A stretch of 64,000 nt of DNA from Leptonemataceae bacterium (GTDB taxonomy: Bacteria > Spirochaetota > Leptospiria > Leptospirales > Leptonemataceae). The DNA lies in NCBI GenBank assembly GCA_965227295.1, contig OZ245742.1, forward strand, positions 512,001 to 576,000, read 5' to 3'. Shown piece by piece: positions 1 to 9,636 of the stretch. Under the pieces are notes generated by a model that was not told the DNA's origin, ran no database searches, and worked only from the letters and a program-made list of their open reading frames with translations. The first letter of the stretch is position 1. The number at the start of each line of letters is the position of its first letter. The position numbers were made by a program, and so were the translations under genes.

Positions 1-458
1 ACTGGTTTCACTACGCCGGCGGCGCTGCATCTCCGCCGATTTCTGCCCGAGTCCGCGCCGTCGCCTATCTCGGGGTTCTCGCGGTAGTGATCGTCGGATT
101 TCGTTCACGACGCACCGGGACGAAACTCTGGTGTACGATCATGGCCATCTTCCTGGCCGCGAACGTCTTCTGGAATCATTACGTAGCTTTGTTTCTTCCG
201 GTGTTTGCCCCCGCCCTGCTCGGCCTCCGTCGCGAACATCCCATTTGGTTCGTCATCATATCGATCCTGGCACTGTTCACGTTTTTATTCAATCCGAACA
301 CGCAGGTTCTGGATCTAATGAACATGATTCGTCCGATCGTGCCGCCGGATTACCTGGAACGTGTTGCGGCCATCCCGGGACTCTTTGCGCCGATAGCCTT
401 GATCGCTACGTTCATCCTGCATATTCGGCGACGGCCGGCACGCCTCAACGTCACCTGA
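1..458 (+). CDS. 5'-truncated membrane protein, GT87/DUF2029-like glycosyltransferase paralog (C-terminal part)
   Basis: Open frame from position 3 (WFHYAGG...). Motif AIFLAANVFWNHY aligns with LFLLGNVFWDFY of the 20218 and 22058 ORFs. Several hydrophobic segments. Confidence 0.6.
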   Translation, partial: WFHYAGGAASPPISARVRAVAYLGVLAVVIVGFRSRRTGTKLWCTIMAIFLAANVFWNHYVALFLPVFAPALLGLRREHPIWFVIISILALFTFLFNPNTQVLDLMNMIRPIVPPDYLERVAAIPGLFAPIALIATFILHIRRRPARLNVT

Positions 459-526
459 CTCTGCGGACTCAGTGTTCAATCAGGGCAGCGATGTACGGCT
501 TGACCCGCACTAACTCGTCCTCTAAC

Positions 527-555
527 TTGACGATATTAGCGACTCCCCGCTAATA
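527..555 (+). promoter_or_regulatory. Candidate promoter/operator upstream of the giant Hint protein gene
   Basis: TTGACG at 527-532, followed by a perfect inverted repeat TATTAGCG-N6-CGCTAATA (534-555) that ends 43 bp before ATG 599. Confidence 0.4.
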
Positions 556-598
556 GTTTGCTAACACGGCCGGCTACGCCTGCCGGAAGAGTCCGTCC

Positions 599-3500
599 AT
601 GCGAATTCCGTCCAATTTCCGCCGCATCACCAGTGCCATCACCGCCGTCGCGCTGGCCCTGGCCACCGTCATCCCGCACCCGTCCCTGCTCGCGCAAACC
701 CCGGTGCCATCCCTCACCCCGCAAGGATTCGACGAGGCCGAGTACGCGGCCCTCTATAATAGTGCGGCGGGCGCGGGCAGTGTCTCCGAATGGCAGGCGT
801 TGATCGACCAGGGCCTGGCCACGTCGCCGCCCTGGGAGGCGACACTGGACACGGAAATCGCCGGCCACGTAGGCGCGGTGACGGACTCGGACGCGTACAA
901 CAACACCGCCGCCTATCAGGACTATCTGGCCGCCCAGCTCGAATTGCAGAAGGGCGCGGACGTGGCGCAGTGGAACGCGGGCTTGAGCGCGCAGGAGGAG
1001 TACCAGCGACAGGTGTATCTCGCCGCGCTCATGAGCAACTACAGCGACGAGATGGAGCAGGAGGCGAACGCCGCGGGCTCGAACGCAAGCTGGCAGGATC
1101 AGTTCGATTACGATTACTACCAGGGCTTAAGAGAATTTGAAACGGCCTTAAGCGCCGTGGACCAGGAGTACGCAACGACGATCAGCGAGCTGGATCAGCA
1201 GGATGCAATCTTCCAACAACGCCTGGCGGAGATCCAGCAGTACGAAGACACCGTGCGTTCGAACATTACGGCGCAGGTGACGAACCTCACGAACTTTCTT
1301 TCGAGCAGCGGCATGTTCTACGACGGCGGCGGCAACCTGAACGCCGCCGGCCTGCAATTGCAGACGCTCCTCGACGACGTCAACGACGGCCTGAACAACG
1401 GCACGGCACTGTCGACGATCAGCGATCAGATTGCCACGTACATGGAAGCGCGGGAAACGGACGCGTTGCAGGAGCAGGCGGACTGGACCGCGGCAAGCAC
1501 GTGGAACGCGAACACTTCGAACACGATCGCCATCGGCAGCCTGAGCGTCTGGTTGGATAGCTATCCGGAAGTCGTCGGGATCATGAACTACGTTCTCGAC
1601 GGGGATGCATCCACGGCCATCGACCAGATTCGCGGGTACATGGGATACGACTCGGCCGTTGATATTACCATCACCGGCGCGGACGCGATCGGTTTTTCGT
1701 ACAGCTATCCTCCTACGGCCCAATGGGGCGGCGAGACGCTTTCGAGTCTGCCTGATAACCCGCATGATTACTACGGAACGACCATCAGCACGAAGTGGGC
1801 GGCGTTCACGTACATCGCATCCGGCTGCTTCGGGCCGAACGTCTGGAATCCGGGGCCCTGCGGTTATCCGGCGAGCCTGCCGGAACAATACACGACAATC
1901 ACTTACGATTTCACCGCCACCGACACCAACGCCGTCGCCAACGCCGCCACCTGGGGCGGTTACGCTGCGGCGCTGGGGCCGATGGCAAACACCTGGCGAA
2001 ACGACGTCATCCCCGCGATTCAGAACTGGGAATCCCAGACCGCCGCCCTCGAAGCGAACTACAGCGCCTGGCAGGCCGAGGCGTCGTCGTTGCGTTCCCA
2101 GGCGGAGTCGCAGTACGCGCAGAGCCGCACGGCGATCCTGGGCGAACGCTCGCAGTGGCTCGGTGAGGTTACACGCATTGCGAACGCCGGCGAAAGCCTC
2201 AGTCGCTCGGCACAAACTTCTACGGAAGAAGAGTTAGCACCGGCGCCGTTACCGGTCGTTCCCCGCGTTACGGCGCAGAGCATCTATAACCGCAATCGCG
2301 ATTCGGAGAACAGCCTCGCCGCGGCCCGCAGCCTGGGCCGGGACACGCTGAGTAATCTTACTTCACCGGATACGAGCGCCCTCGAAAACTTTCTCGAAAC
2401 CACGCAACGCAGCCTCACCGGCCTGCAAAACCTCGCATATACCGAGTCGATTCAGCTCCAGGCCGAAGAGGCGCGGCAACAGACCATCGACATGCTCGTG
2501 GGTATGGTGACGCAGGACAACGTCCAGGAAGAACGCCAGGAGATCGATTACAACCCGTACGAAGACGTGCCGGTATTGCTGCGTCCGGAGGGCTGGGAGA
2601 ACGTCAAAGCGACGCGCCTCGAAACGAACGAGGAGATGCAGGAACGTATCGAGAACCAGCGCGCGCGAAACTACACCGACGTCAAGGTCGGCAAAGACGG
2701 CACGATCATTGCCAGCCGCGCGATCAAGACGGGCGAGGCCGTGTGGAACGGCGGCGATCTTACGAACACGGACGGCTACAGCGCCGCCTACGAAACCCAG
2801 ACCGTCACGATTCGCCCGCCCCAGGCCATCAAACTCGCGAGCGGCGGTGATTTGTTCGCGAGCTGGGACTACGACGAGCTACAAGAATCACATGAAGAGA
2901 ACTTAAGCGACTTCTACGCCGGTCTGGATCGCAAGGTCCAGGCGGCCCAGGGTCAACTCGCAAACGCGAACGAACTGTTCACCGCCCGCGAAACGGCCTT
3001 CCAGCAAAACGCGGCAAGCCAGGCGCAGACCTGGTCCATGATCAAGTCCCTCGTGACTTCGATGATGGGCGGCATGGACCTCGGCTCCGCCCTTGTTGAT
3101 TACGCGAAGAATCAGATCATCGGCCAGGTGGCTTCGCAGATCGAAACGATGACCGGCATTCCCGCGGGTTTCATGTCGAGTATTCTCGGCGGCGCAAATA
3201 TTGAGCAGGCGATGCAATCTTACGCCTGGCAGGTCGTGGGCAGTCACATCGATGAAGTCACCGGCATCTCGGGCCTCGGCTCACAACTCACGGGCATGCT
3301 GCAAAAGCAGATGGCGAAGAAAGCCGCGCGCAACGGGCCGATGGGCAAACTCGCGAACAGCATGGCCGCGATGACGATGGGCGGCGGTTTCGGCGCGATG
3401 GCCGGCTTTATGATGGGCGGGCCGATGGGCATGCTTGCGGGTGCGGCGATGGGTGCGGCTACCGGCGGCGCGATGAACGAGGCCGGCGCGGCCGGATTCG

Positions 3501-6415
3501 CGGCACCGATGGCGGATGTGTTTTATGAAAACCCCATGTTGATGGATGCAACGGCTTACGCAACGGCCAGCGCAACCGGCAACCCGGGCGTCTGGTACGG
3601 CTACCAGGCGATGAAGGGAAGTTACATGGGCGGCACTGTGGGTGCGCTAACGAGCATGGCGGACTCCGCGTTGATGGCGACGCAGTTGGTTGGGGTCGAT
3701 GCGAGTATTTCGTATACGTTCGATGACGGCTTCGGTGGGAGTCTGGGGATTGGCGGAGAGTACGGTAGCATCGGTGTTAATTACAGCGAGAGGAACGGCG
3801 TGGGGGCGTACGGACGCCTCGGCCAGGGTGAGGGATTGAGCATTGGGTTCAGCGTGAGTGAGCACGGCGGGAATTCGATTAACGCCGGATACAGCAGTGG
3901 TGGTGTGAACCTCGGGGTGAGTTATAGTGATCAGACGGGCTTTGGTGCGAACGCGGGATTTGGTGGCGAAATTGCGGATGGTGTGAACGGCAACCTCGGG
4001 TTGAGCTGGAGTGAGACGGAAGGTGTTGGAGCGAATGCGGGAATAACTTACGGCAACGGCGATATCGACAGCATGCTCGGCGGCGGACTCAGTTATACGC
4101 AGAACAGCGGGCTGTCCGCGAGCTTAACTGTCGCCGGTGGTACGTTAGGGACGATTACGGCGGACGGGTTTCAATACAACGCCAACTTCGCAAAAGACGC
4201 GGCCGGGGCGGCGTTGAAGAAGAAGTACGTGGAGGATCGGAAGGCGGAGCGGGCGGAGGAGTTGGAGAAGACGCTTGAGGAGAACCGCAAGAACATGTCG
4301 CCCGAAGAGCGGGCGGCATTCGATAAGCTGAAATCTGTGGAAGATAAGGTCGCGTTCTTGAAGGAGAAGGCCGAGCAAGGCGGCGATGATGCGGTGGTGA
4401 ATGATGCGTATGGGGAGTCGTGGGATAGTCAGGACGGGCTGACAGGATTGCTGGGGAGCTTTGATCTCGGGCAGGATATGCTCAATTTCGCGAATGAAAT
4501 CACAGGTACAAACAGCGACAATACCGGATACATTGATGAGCGAGGAGACTTTCATGTGCGGACATGTTTTCCGGCATGGATGCCCGTCACTGTGGAAGGC
4601 GGCCATCTCGAAGAAATTCAGAACGTGAGAGCCGGCGACCGCGTCCTGACCTTCAATGAAAAAACCGGCGAGTTCGAGTACAAACCAGTCCGCACAGTGT
4701 GGGAGCGCCAGACACACGAGTTCCACGAACTAACATTCGAAGACGGCGTTTTTGTCGAGACGACCTGGTCTCACCCTTTTTATGTAAAAGATCGCGGCTG
4801 GGTGCCGGCTCATAAGCTTCAGCCTGGAGATCTTGTACATACGCGCGCGAGCCTGGCCGCCCAGCAAAGACAGGACAATCTCATCCATAATATTCAACTC
4901 GCAAGTCTTAGCGAAGATAATCTGCGTGAGAGCGGCCTGGACCCGCCGTTGCGCCTGTTAACAGTGAATGTCACGCTGCGCTCGGAAACGGTCTATAACC
5001 TGGACGTCGAAGATAACGATAACTTCTTCGTAAGCTCGGCCCGCATCCTCGTTCACAACCAGAACCACTACGATGATGCCGGCTACGGCGGCGCAACGTT
5101 CTCCGCGGACGGCACCAGCGGATATGGAAACGAGGAGCGCGTCGGCGATGACTCCGGACCTACGGAATACGAACAATTCATCCGCGCTACGAACCAGCCG
5201 ATCATCGAAATCTTCCCGAACGAAGATGAGAACACGAGCACTCCCGCCGCGGAGCCGGAAGATACCGGGTCAGCCACCGCCGGCACCGATGGCGTACCGG
5301 CCGAAACCACTGACGCATCCCGACAACCAGACAATCCGCGCCCTCAGGAGCCGCGCGAAAATGCAACACCGGAATCATCCGCTCCTCAACCCGAAAAGGT
5401 GACTCCAGGCACTACTCTCTGGGAAGATGTCACTGAGTTCTTTACCGCGCCGATTGTGGGTAGCTCATCCATCGCAGACCTGGCTCTGGATTCGGTAGAA
5501 TTTATTCCGGTCGTGGGAGACATTGTGGGTGCGGCTCGCTCCGGAATCGAACTGGCAACGGCAGTCTCAAATGGTGATTGGCCCTCCGCCGGTTGGGCGG
5601 CCGCAGGCGTCGGGCTGAGTATCGTAGGATTGATTCCAGGCATTGGCGATGCCGCGACAGCGATTAAGCATAGCATGAAGCATGGCGCCGATGTTCTGAA
5701 ACACGGCGATGATGTTCTTAAGCACGGCGATGATGTTCTTAAGCACGGAGACGATATCATTCGGCATGCGGACGACTTGCCTACACGCGCCGGCCCGGAT
5801 GTGGCTCCCGGCGCGAATCGCCCGGGCGGCGAAGCGGCCCAGGAACTTCAAGATCGCCAGCGACGCGAGCAGATCGAGCGACAGGAGCGGTATGGTTCCG
5901 ATGAGGGTTCCGGGCAGACACAGCCGCAACCGCAACAACAGCAGCAGGCACCGGATGGAAGGCCGGAGTTTGGCCAGCGTGCGAATCAAGGCGCAATAGG
6001 AACTCAGAATGAACAATTGGGCCGTGGTAATGCTGGCGATCCCACAGGGCCAGGGTACACGCAAGCCCAAAGCCCGGGAGAGCCGAGACAACAAATCCCT
6101 GCAACTCCGAGCGACAATGTAAATCGCGGCGAGATTCCTCCTGCACGTGGATCGCAAAGCCCGACGGGGCGCAGCGAGAATACGAAATCTCAAGATGCAA
6201 CGACCACCGGTAGTGATCGCACGCAAGAGATGCGGGCACAACAACAACATCAGAAACAGGAGCAAATGCGACGCGAGGCCCAAAAAAAAGCGATAGAGCA
6301 GGAGCAACGGAGGCGGCAACAAAATGAGCTAATACAACAGCAAGAGAAACTGCGGAAAGCGCGAGAGCGGCAACAGCAATGGGAGAGCCAACAAAGGCAA
6401 AATATGCAAGACTAA
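599..6415 (+). CDS. Large secreted polymorphic protein (TIGR04388-like, Leptospira large structural protein family) with Hint domain and variable C-terminus
   Basis: Signal peptide (AVALALATVIPHPSLLA-Q), coiled-coil N-terminus and Gly/Met zipper. Gly-Ser beta-repeats, Hint CFPAWMPV...ETTWSHPFYV...VYNLDVEDNDNFFV...LVHN, and a pre-toxin-like DSVEFIPVVGDIV segment. Confidence 0.8.
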   Translation: MRIPSNFRRITSAITAVALALATVIPHPSLLAQTPVPSLTPQGFDEAEYAALYNSAAGAGSVSEWQALIDQGLATSPPWEATLDTEIAGHVGAVTDSDAYNNTAAYQDYLAAQLELQKGADVAQWNAGLSAQEEYQRQVYLAALMSNYSDEMEQEANAAGSNASWQDQFDYDYYQGLREFETALSAVDQEYATTISELDQQDAIFQQRLAEIQQYEDTVRSNITAQVTNLTNFLSSSGMFYDGGGNLNAAGLQLQTLLDDVNDGLNNGTALSTISDQIATYMEARETDALQEQADWTAASTWNANTSNTIAIGSLSVWLDSYPEVVGIMNYVLDGDASTAIDQIRGYMGYDSAVDITITGADAIGFSYSYPPTAQWGGETLSSLPDNPHDYYGTTISTKWAAFTYIASGCFGPNVWNPGPCGYPASLPEQYTTITYDFTATDTNAVANAATWGGYAAALGPMANTWRNDVIPAIQNWESQTAALEANYSAWQAEASSLRSQAESQYAQSRTAILGERSQWLGEVTRIANAGESLSRSAQTSTEEELAPAPLPVVPRVTAQSIYNRNRDSENSLAAARSLGRDTLSNLTSPDTSALENFLETTQRSLTGLQNLAYTESIQLQAEEARQQTIDMLVGMVTQDNVQEERQEIDYNPYEDVPVLLRPEGWENVKATRLETNEEMQERIENQRARNYTDVKVGKDGTIIASRAIKTGEAVWNGGDLTNTDGYSAAYETQTVTIRPPQAIKLASGGDLFASWDYDELQESHEENLSDFYAGLDRKVQAAQGQLANANELFTARETAFQQNAASQAQTWSMIKSLVTSMMGGMDLGSALVDYAKNQIIGQVASQIETMTGIPAGFMSSILGGANIEQAMQSYAWQVVGSHIDEVTGISGLGSQLTGMLQKQMAKKAARNGPMGKLANSMAAMTMGGGFGAMAGFMMGGPMGMLAGAAMGAATGGAMNEAGAAGFAAPMADVFYENPMLMDATAYATASATGNPGVWYGYQAMKGSYMGGTVGALTSMADSALMATQLVGVDASISYTFDDGFGGSLGIGGEYGSIGVNYSERNGVGAYGRLGQGEGLSIGFSVSEHGGNSINAGYSSGGVNLGVSYSDQTGFGANAGFGGEIADGVNGNLGLSWSETEGVGANAGITYGNGDIDSMLGGGLSYTQNSGLSASLTVAGGTLGTITADGFQYNANFAKDAAGAALKKKYVEDRKAERAEELEKTLEENRKNMSPEERAAFDKLKSVEDKVAFLKEKAEQGGDDAVVNDAYGESWDSQDGLTGLLGSFDLGQDMLNFANEITGTNSDNTGYIDERGDFHVRTCFPAWMPVTVEGGHLEEIQNVRAGDRVLTFNEKTGEFEYKPVRTVWERQTHEFHELTFEDGVFVETTWSHPFYVKDRGWVPAHKLQPGDLVHTRASLAAQQRQDNLIHNIQLASLSEDNLRESGLDPPLRLLTVNVTLRSETVYNLDVEDNDNFFVSSARILVHNQNHYDDAGYGGATFSADGTSGYGNEERVGDDSGPTEYEQFIRATNQPIIEIFPNEDENTSTPAAEPEDTGSATAGTDGVPAETTDASRQPDNPRPQEPRENATPESSAPQPEKVTPGTTLWEDVTEFFTAPIVGSSSIADLALDSVEFIPVVGDIVGAARSGIELATAVSNGDWPSAGWAAAGVGLSIVGLIPGIGDAATAIKHSMKHGADVLKHGDDVLKHGDDVLKHGDDIIRHADDLPTRAGPDVAPGANRPGGEAAQELQDRQRREQIERQERYGSDEGSGQTQPQPQQQQQAPDGRPEFGQRANQGAIGTQNEQLGRGNAGDPTGPGYTQAQSPGEPRQQIPATPSDNVNRGEIPPARGSQSPTGRSENTKSQDATTTGSDRTQEMRAQQQHQKQEQMRREAQKKAIEQEQRRRQQNELIQQQEKLRKARERQQQWESQQRQNMQD
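2451..4050 (+). repeat. Long direct repeat copy A, shared with 11609-13208
   Basis: Near-identical colinear DNA at a constant offset of 9158 bp, starting at ttcagctccaggccgaaga. Differences are mostly synonymous. Confidence 0.95.
4565..5059 (+). other. Hint (bacterial intein-like) autoprocessing domain 1
   Basis: Starts with Cys (TGT 4565). Block B TxxH (TWSH), block F VYNLDV, ends in His-Asn. The next residue is Gln. Confidence 0.9.
5678..5779 (+). repeat. 21-bp coding tandem repeat (KHGDDVL-type heptad, 4 clear copies plus 1 degenerate)
   Basis: aagcatggcgccgatgttctg / aaacacggcgatgatgttctt / aagcacggcgatgatgttctt / aagcacggagacgatatcatt / cggcatgcggacgac. Confidence 0.9.
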
Positions 6416-6445
6416 CTATGGTTTAATGTCCAACGTGACGCAAGT

Positions 6446-7465
6446 ATGGATCGCCAACACAGAATCTCAGAACTACGCGAGATTGTTCGCGCGAATCCAA
6501 ACGATGTAGAAAACTGGCTGGAGCTGGGTCTTGCACTAACGCAAGCCGGGCTTTATGACGAAGGAATCCTGGCGCTGACCAAGGCCTATGAACTTGCTCC
6601 GCATAATGCTGAGATCGGAAATTGGCTGGCATATTCTCTGAACGAAAGCGGTCAGTTCAAGGAGTCCTTATCCATCTCAACAGCTCTCGTATCTCAAACA
6701 CAGTCCGCAACTGCCCTTTACTATATGGGTTGGTCGTTACGAGAGCTGGGAGAATGGGAAGCAGCACTCAAGGCCTTTGAGAAAGGCATTCAGCAGGAAC
6801 CGGAGAGTCAGAACCTCTTCGGCGCTGCAACGGTATTTATACATCAGGGACGTCATGCAGAAGCCGCAGAGTACTTACGGAAGGCTCTGCAAGTAGATGG
6901 GGGGGAGAATCCAGAGATACTCTACTTGCTTGCCATGTCGGAAATTGAATTGGGTCAGCGCGAACAGGCCGTACAAAGCCTGGAACAATGTCTACAGGCC
7001 GCCCCAGACCACATAGCTGCAGCCAATGAATTGGGTCTTTTGTATACACAAGTCAATCGCATCCCGGATGCTTTGACACTCTTGAATGATACTCTGAAGC
7101 GCGATTCTGAGCACATTGTGACCCTCAACAATCTCGGCTATGCCTATTTCCTGGCGAGGTTATATAAGAAAAGTGAATTTTATCTGCGAAAGGCATTAGA
7201 TCAAGATCCGGATTACTCCAATGCCCTTTATGGACTCGGCAGTGTCTATGCAGAATCCGGGAACTACGAGGCTGCCGTCATAGAACTGGAGAAACTGGTC
7301 TCCGTGGCGCCGGACTTCATCCCCGGCTGGATCAGCTTGATTAACAGCTATGTGCAGAATAAGGATAGTAGGGAAGCCTCGGCAACCTTAAAGCGAGCAC
7401 TGCAGAGACACCCGGAATCCGAACAATTGAAAGGCCTGTCGCTGGAACCGGATTCCCAAGACTGA
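6446..7465 (+). CDS. TPR protein (type A), candidate immunity/chaperone
   Basis: Multiple TPR motifs (W..LG..L...G.Y.EA...L.KA.EL.P; LNNLGYAY). Lies 30 bp after the toxin stop. Confidence 0.85.
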   Translation: MDRQHRISELREIVRANPNDVENWLELGLALTQAGLYDEGILALTKAYELAPHNAEIGNWLAYSLNESGQFKESLSISTALVSQTQSATALYYMGWSLRELGEWEAALKAFEKGIQQEPESQNLFGAATVFIHQGRHAEAAEYLRKALQVDGGENPEILYLLAMSEIELGQREQAVQSLEQCLQAAPDHIAAANELGLLYTQVNRIPDALTLLNDTLKRDSEHIVTLNNLGYAYFLARLYKKSEFYLRKALDQDPDYSNALYGLGSVYAESGNYEAAVIELEKLVSVAPDFIPGWISLINSYVQNKDSREASATLKRALQRHPESEQLKGLSLEPDSQD

Positions 7466-7491
7466 ACCTTGAGTCCCCATAGTGAACCCCT

Positions 7492-8505
7492 ATGGATTTC
7501 GATAGGCGCATTTCTAAACTGAGAAGCCGGCTACAGGAATTTCCGGATGATCCGGAAAACTGGGTCGAGTTAGCGTTGGCTCTCGGAGAAAGTGGTGACC
7601 ACGCTAGCGCCGCCTTCGCGTTTACCAAGGCAAGCGAATTAGCCCCGGATTCCACGGTTCTTAGACTACGCCTGCTGACATCGCTGCGTAACGCTGAGCA
7701 ATATGAAGAAGCAGTGGCGTTGGCTGACAAAATTCTGGCAGAACACGAGTGCCCGGACGCCACCTATATAAAAGCGTGGAGCCTGAGAGAACTCGGGGAG
7801 CTGGAAAAAGCACTCGATCTATTTTTATCCGGCATTAATGATTATGGAGATGGACGCAACTTTACGGGGGCTGGAACAGCACACGCCCGAATGGGCAACT
7901 ATGAAGATGCCCTGCGTTGCTATGAGAAGGCAATAGAGGTTGAGCCTGCAAATCTCTCCGACTCTGAATTTTTATATACTGTAGCCATTGCCAAAATCGA
8001 AACAAACAACCCGACAGAAGCAATCCAATTGCTTTCACAAGCCCTTACACTTGATCCAGAGCACAGGGAGGCGGGAAATGAATTGGGCAAGCTCCTGGCA
8101 TATGAAGGGAAATACGATGCGGCCATTCAAACTTTTCTCAGGGTTCTTGATCATTATCCTTCTGATTCTGTCACCTTAAACAACATCGGTCATGCATACC
8201 TTTATGCGGGAATGCCGCAGAAGAGCCTAACGTACTTTGACGAAGCGATTGAAACGGCTCCGGACTATGTAAACTCCAGATTTGGAAGGGGTTCCGCCAG
8301 AATCTCGATCCACGATTTTGCCGGAGCTGTAGAAGACTTTAAGACGTGCATTGAACTTATGCCTGAGGAGGAATCCGGCTGGATAAACCTGGCCCGATGC
8401 CAACTTGAGCTAAGTGACACAGAAGCCGCCGAAGCAACAATCCAGAAGGGACTGGAGCTACACAATGATGCGCAAAAACTAAGGAGCCTTCTTAAGTATA
8501 TTTGA
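7492..8505 (+). CDS. TPR protein (type B), candidate immunity/chaperone
   Basis: TPR motifs. NNIGHAYLYAGMPQKSL is shared with the 10032 ORF. Confidence 0.85.
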   Translation: MDFDRRISKLRSRLQEFPDDPENWVELALALGESGDHASAAFAFTKASELAPDSTVLRLRLLTSLRNAEQYEEAVALADKILAEHECPDATYIKAWSLRELGELEKALDLFLSGINDYGDGRNFTGAGTAHARMGNYEDALRCYEKAIEVEPANLSDSEFLYTVAIAKIETNNPTEAIQLLSQALTLDPEHREAGNELGKLLAYEGKYDAAIQTFLRVLDHYPSDSVTLNNIGHAYLYAGMPQKSLTYFDEAIETAPDYVNSRFGRGSARISIHDFAGAVEDFKTCIELMPEEESGWINLARCQLELSDTEAAEATIQKGLELHNDAQKLRSLLKYI

Positions 8506-8571
8506 GAAGGCCATCCTGTTCACAGAATTTGCACGTCACCAATCCCCATCTTCCGCGCCCCTACCCGTCAC

Positions 8572-9594
8572 ATGGATCGCCAACACAGAATCTCAGAACT
8601 ACGCGAGATTGTTCGCGCGAATCCGAACGATCCAGAAAACTGGCTGGAGCTGGGTATTACTCTGACTCAGGCTGGCATATACGACGAAGCGACGGTGTCA
8701 CTCACCAAAGCCTATGAGATTGACCCCGATCAGATAGAGGCTGGCTACTGGTTGGCTTACACGTTAAACGAAATCGGCAATTTTGACGAATCCTTGCGAG
8801 TATCCAGCGATCTCGCGGCGCGAATCGGGTCTCCCTCGGCTTTCTACTATATGGGCTATTCCCTCCGGGAACTGGGGCGATTCGATGCCGCGCTTAAAGC
8901 GTTCGAGGACGGCATACAAGCAGGACCGGATAGCCGGAACCACTTCGGCGCAGCGACAGTTTACGCTCGTCAGGGTCTACATAGAAAAGCAGTAGATCTC
9001 ATGCGACAGGCCAGGGAAATGGAAGGAGGCGAAAGTCCAGAATTGCTCTACACACTCGCCATGTCTGAAATTGAACTGGGCCAAAAAGATCGCGCAGTGA
9101 GCAGCCTGGAGCGATGTCTCGACTTAGCACCGGGCCACATATCTGCCGCAAATGAGCTGGGTCTTCTTTACGCTCAGGTAAACAGAATTTCAGACGCACT
9201 GAGCCTGCTAAATACAATTCTGCGCTACGATACTGATAACATAATGACGATCAACAATCTCGGATACGTGTATTACCTGGCGGGACTCTATCAGAAGAGC
9301 GAGATTTTTCTGAAAGCGGCGCTGGAACAAAACCCAAACTATCCGAATGCTCACCTGGGATTAGGTCTCGTCTACGAAGCAATGGATAACTATTCGGCTG
9401 CCGTCGCCGAACTTGAGAAATTTGTTGCGATTAATCCTGGTTCCGCCGATGGATGGGCCAGTCTGGTGAAAGCATACATGCGCAAGGGTGATCTCCCCGG
9501 TGCACGAGAAACATTGGAACGAGCTTTGCAACGTCATCCGGAATCCACGCAATTGCAGGAACTATTGTCGGACCTACGCGCCAGCGATTCATAG
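8572..9594 (+). CDS. TPR protein (type A'), paralog of 6446 ORF
   Basis: First 53 nt are identical to 6446 (atggatcgccaacacagaatctcagaactacgcgagattgttcgcgcgaatcc). The proteins are colinear throughout. Confidence 0.85.
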   Translation: MDRQHRISELREIVRANPNDPENWLELGITLTQAGIYDEATVSLTKAYEIDPDQIEAGYWLAYTLNEIGNFDESLRVSSDLAARIGSPSAFYYMGYSLRELGRFDAALKAFEDGIQAGPDSRNHFGAATVYARQGLHRKAVDLMRQAREMEGGESPELLYTLAMSEIELGQKDRAVSSLERCLDLAPGHISAANELGLLYAQVNRISDALSLLNTILRYDTDNIMTINNLGYVYYLAGLYQKSEIFLKAALEQNPNYPNAHLGLGLVYEAMDNYSAAVAELEKFVAINPGSADGWASLVKAYMRKGDLPGARETLERALQRHPESTQLQELLSDLRASDS

Positions 9595-9636
9595 CGACCC
9601 GGTAACTTCCATGCGAAGACCCAGGGTTCCAATGAA

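Noticed and set aside
4565-5059. Selfish protein-splicing intein
   Set aside because: No homing endonuclease, no +1 Cys/Ser/Thr, and the host is not a conserved housekeeping protein.
5678-5779. Mini-CRISPR
   Set aside because: Contiguous in-frame 21-bp coding repeat without spacers.
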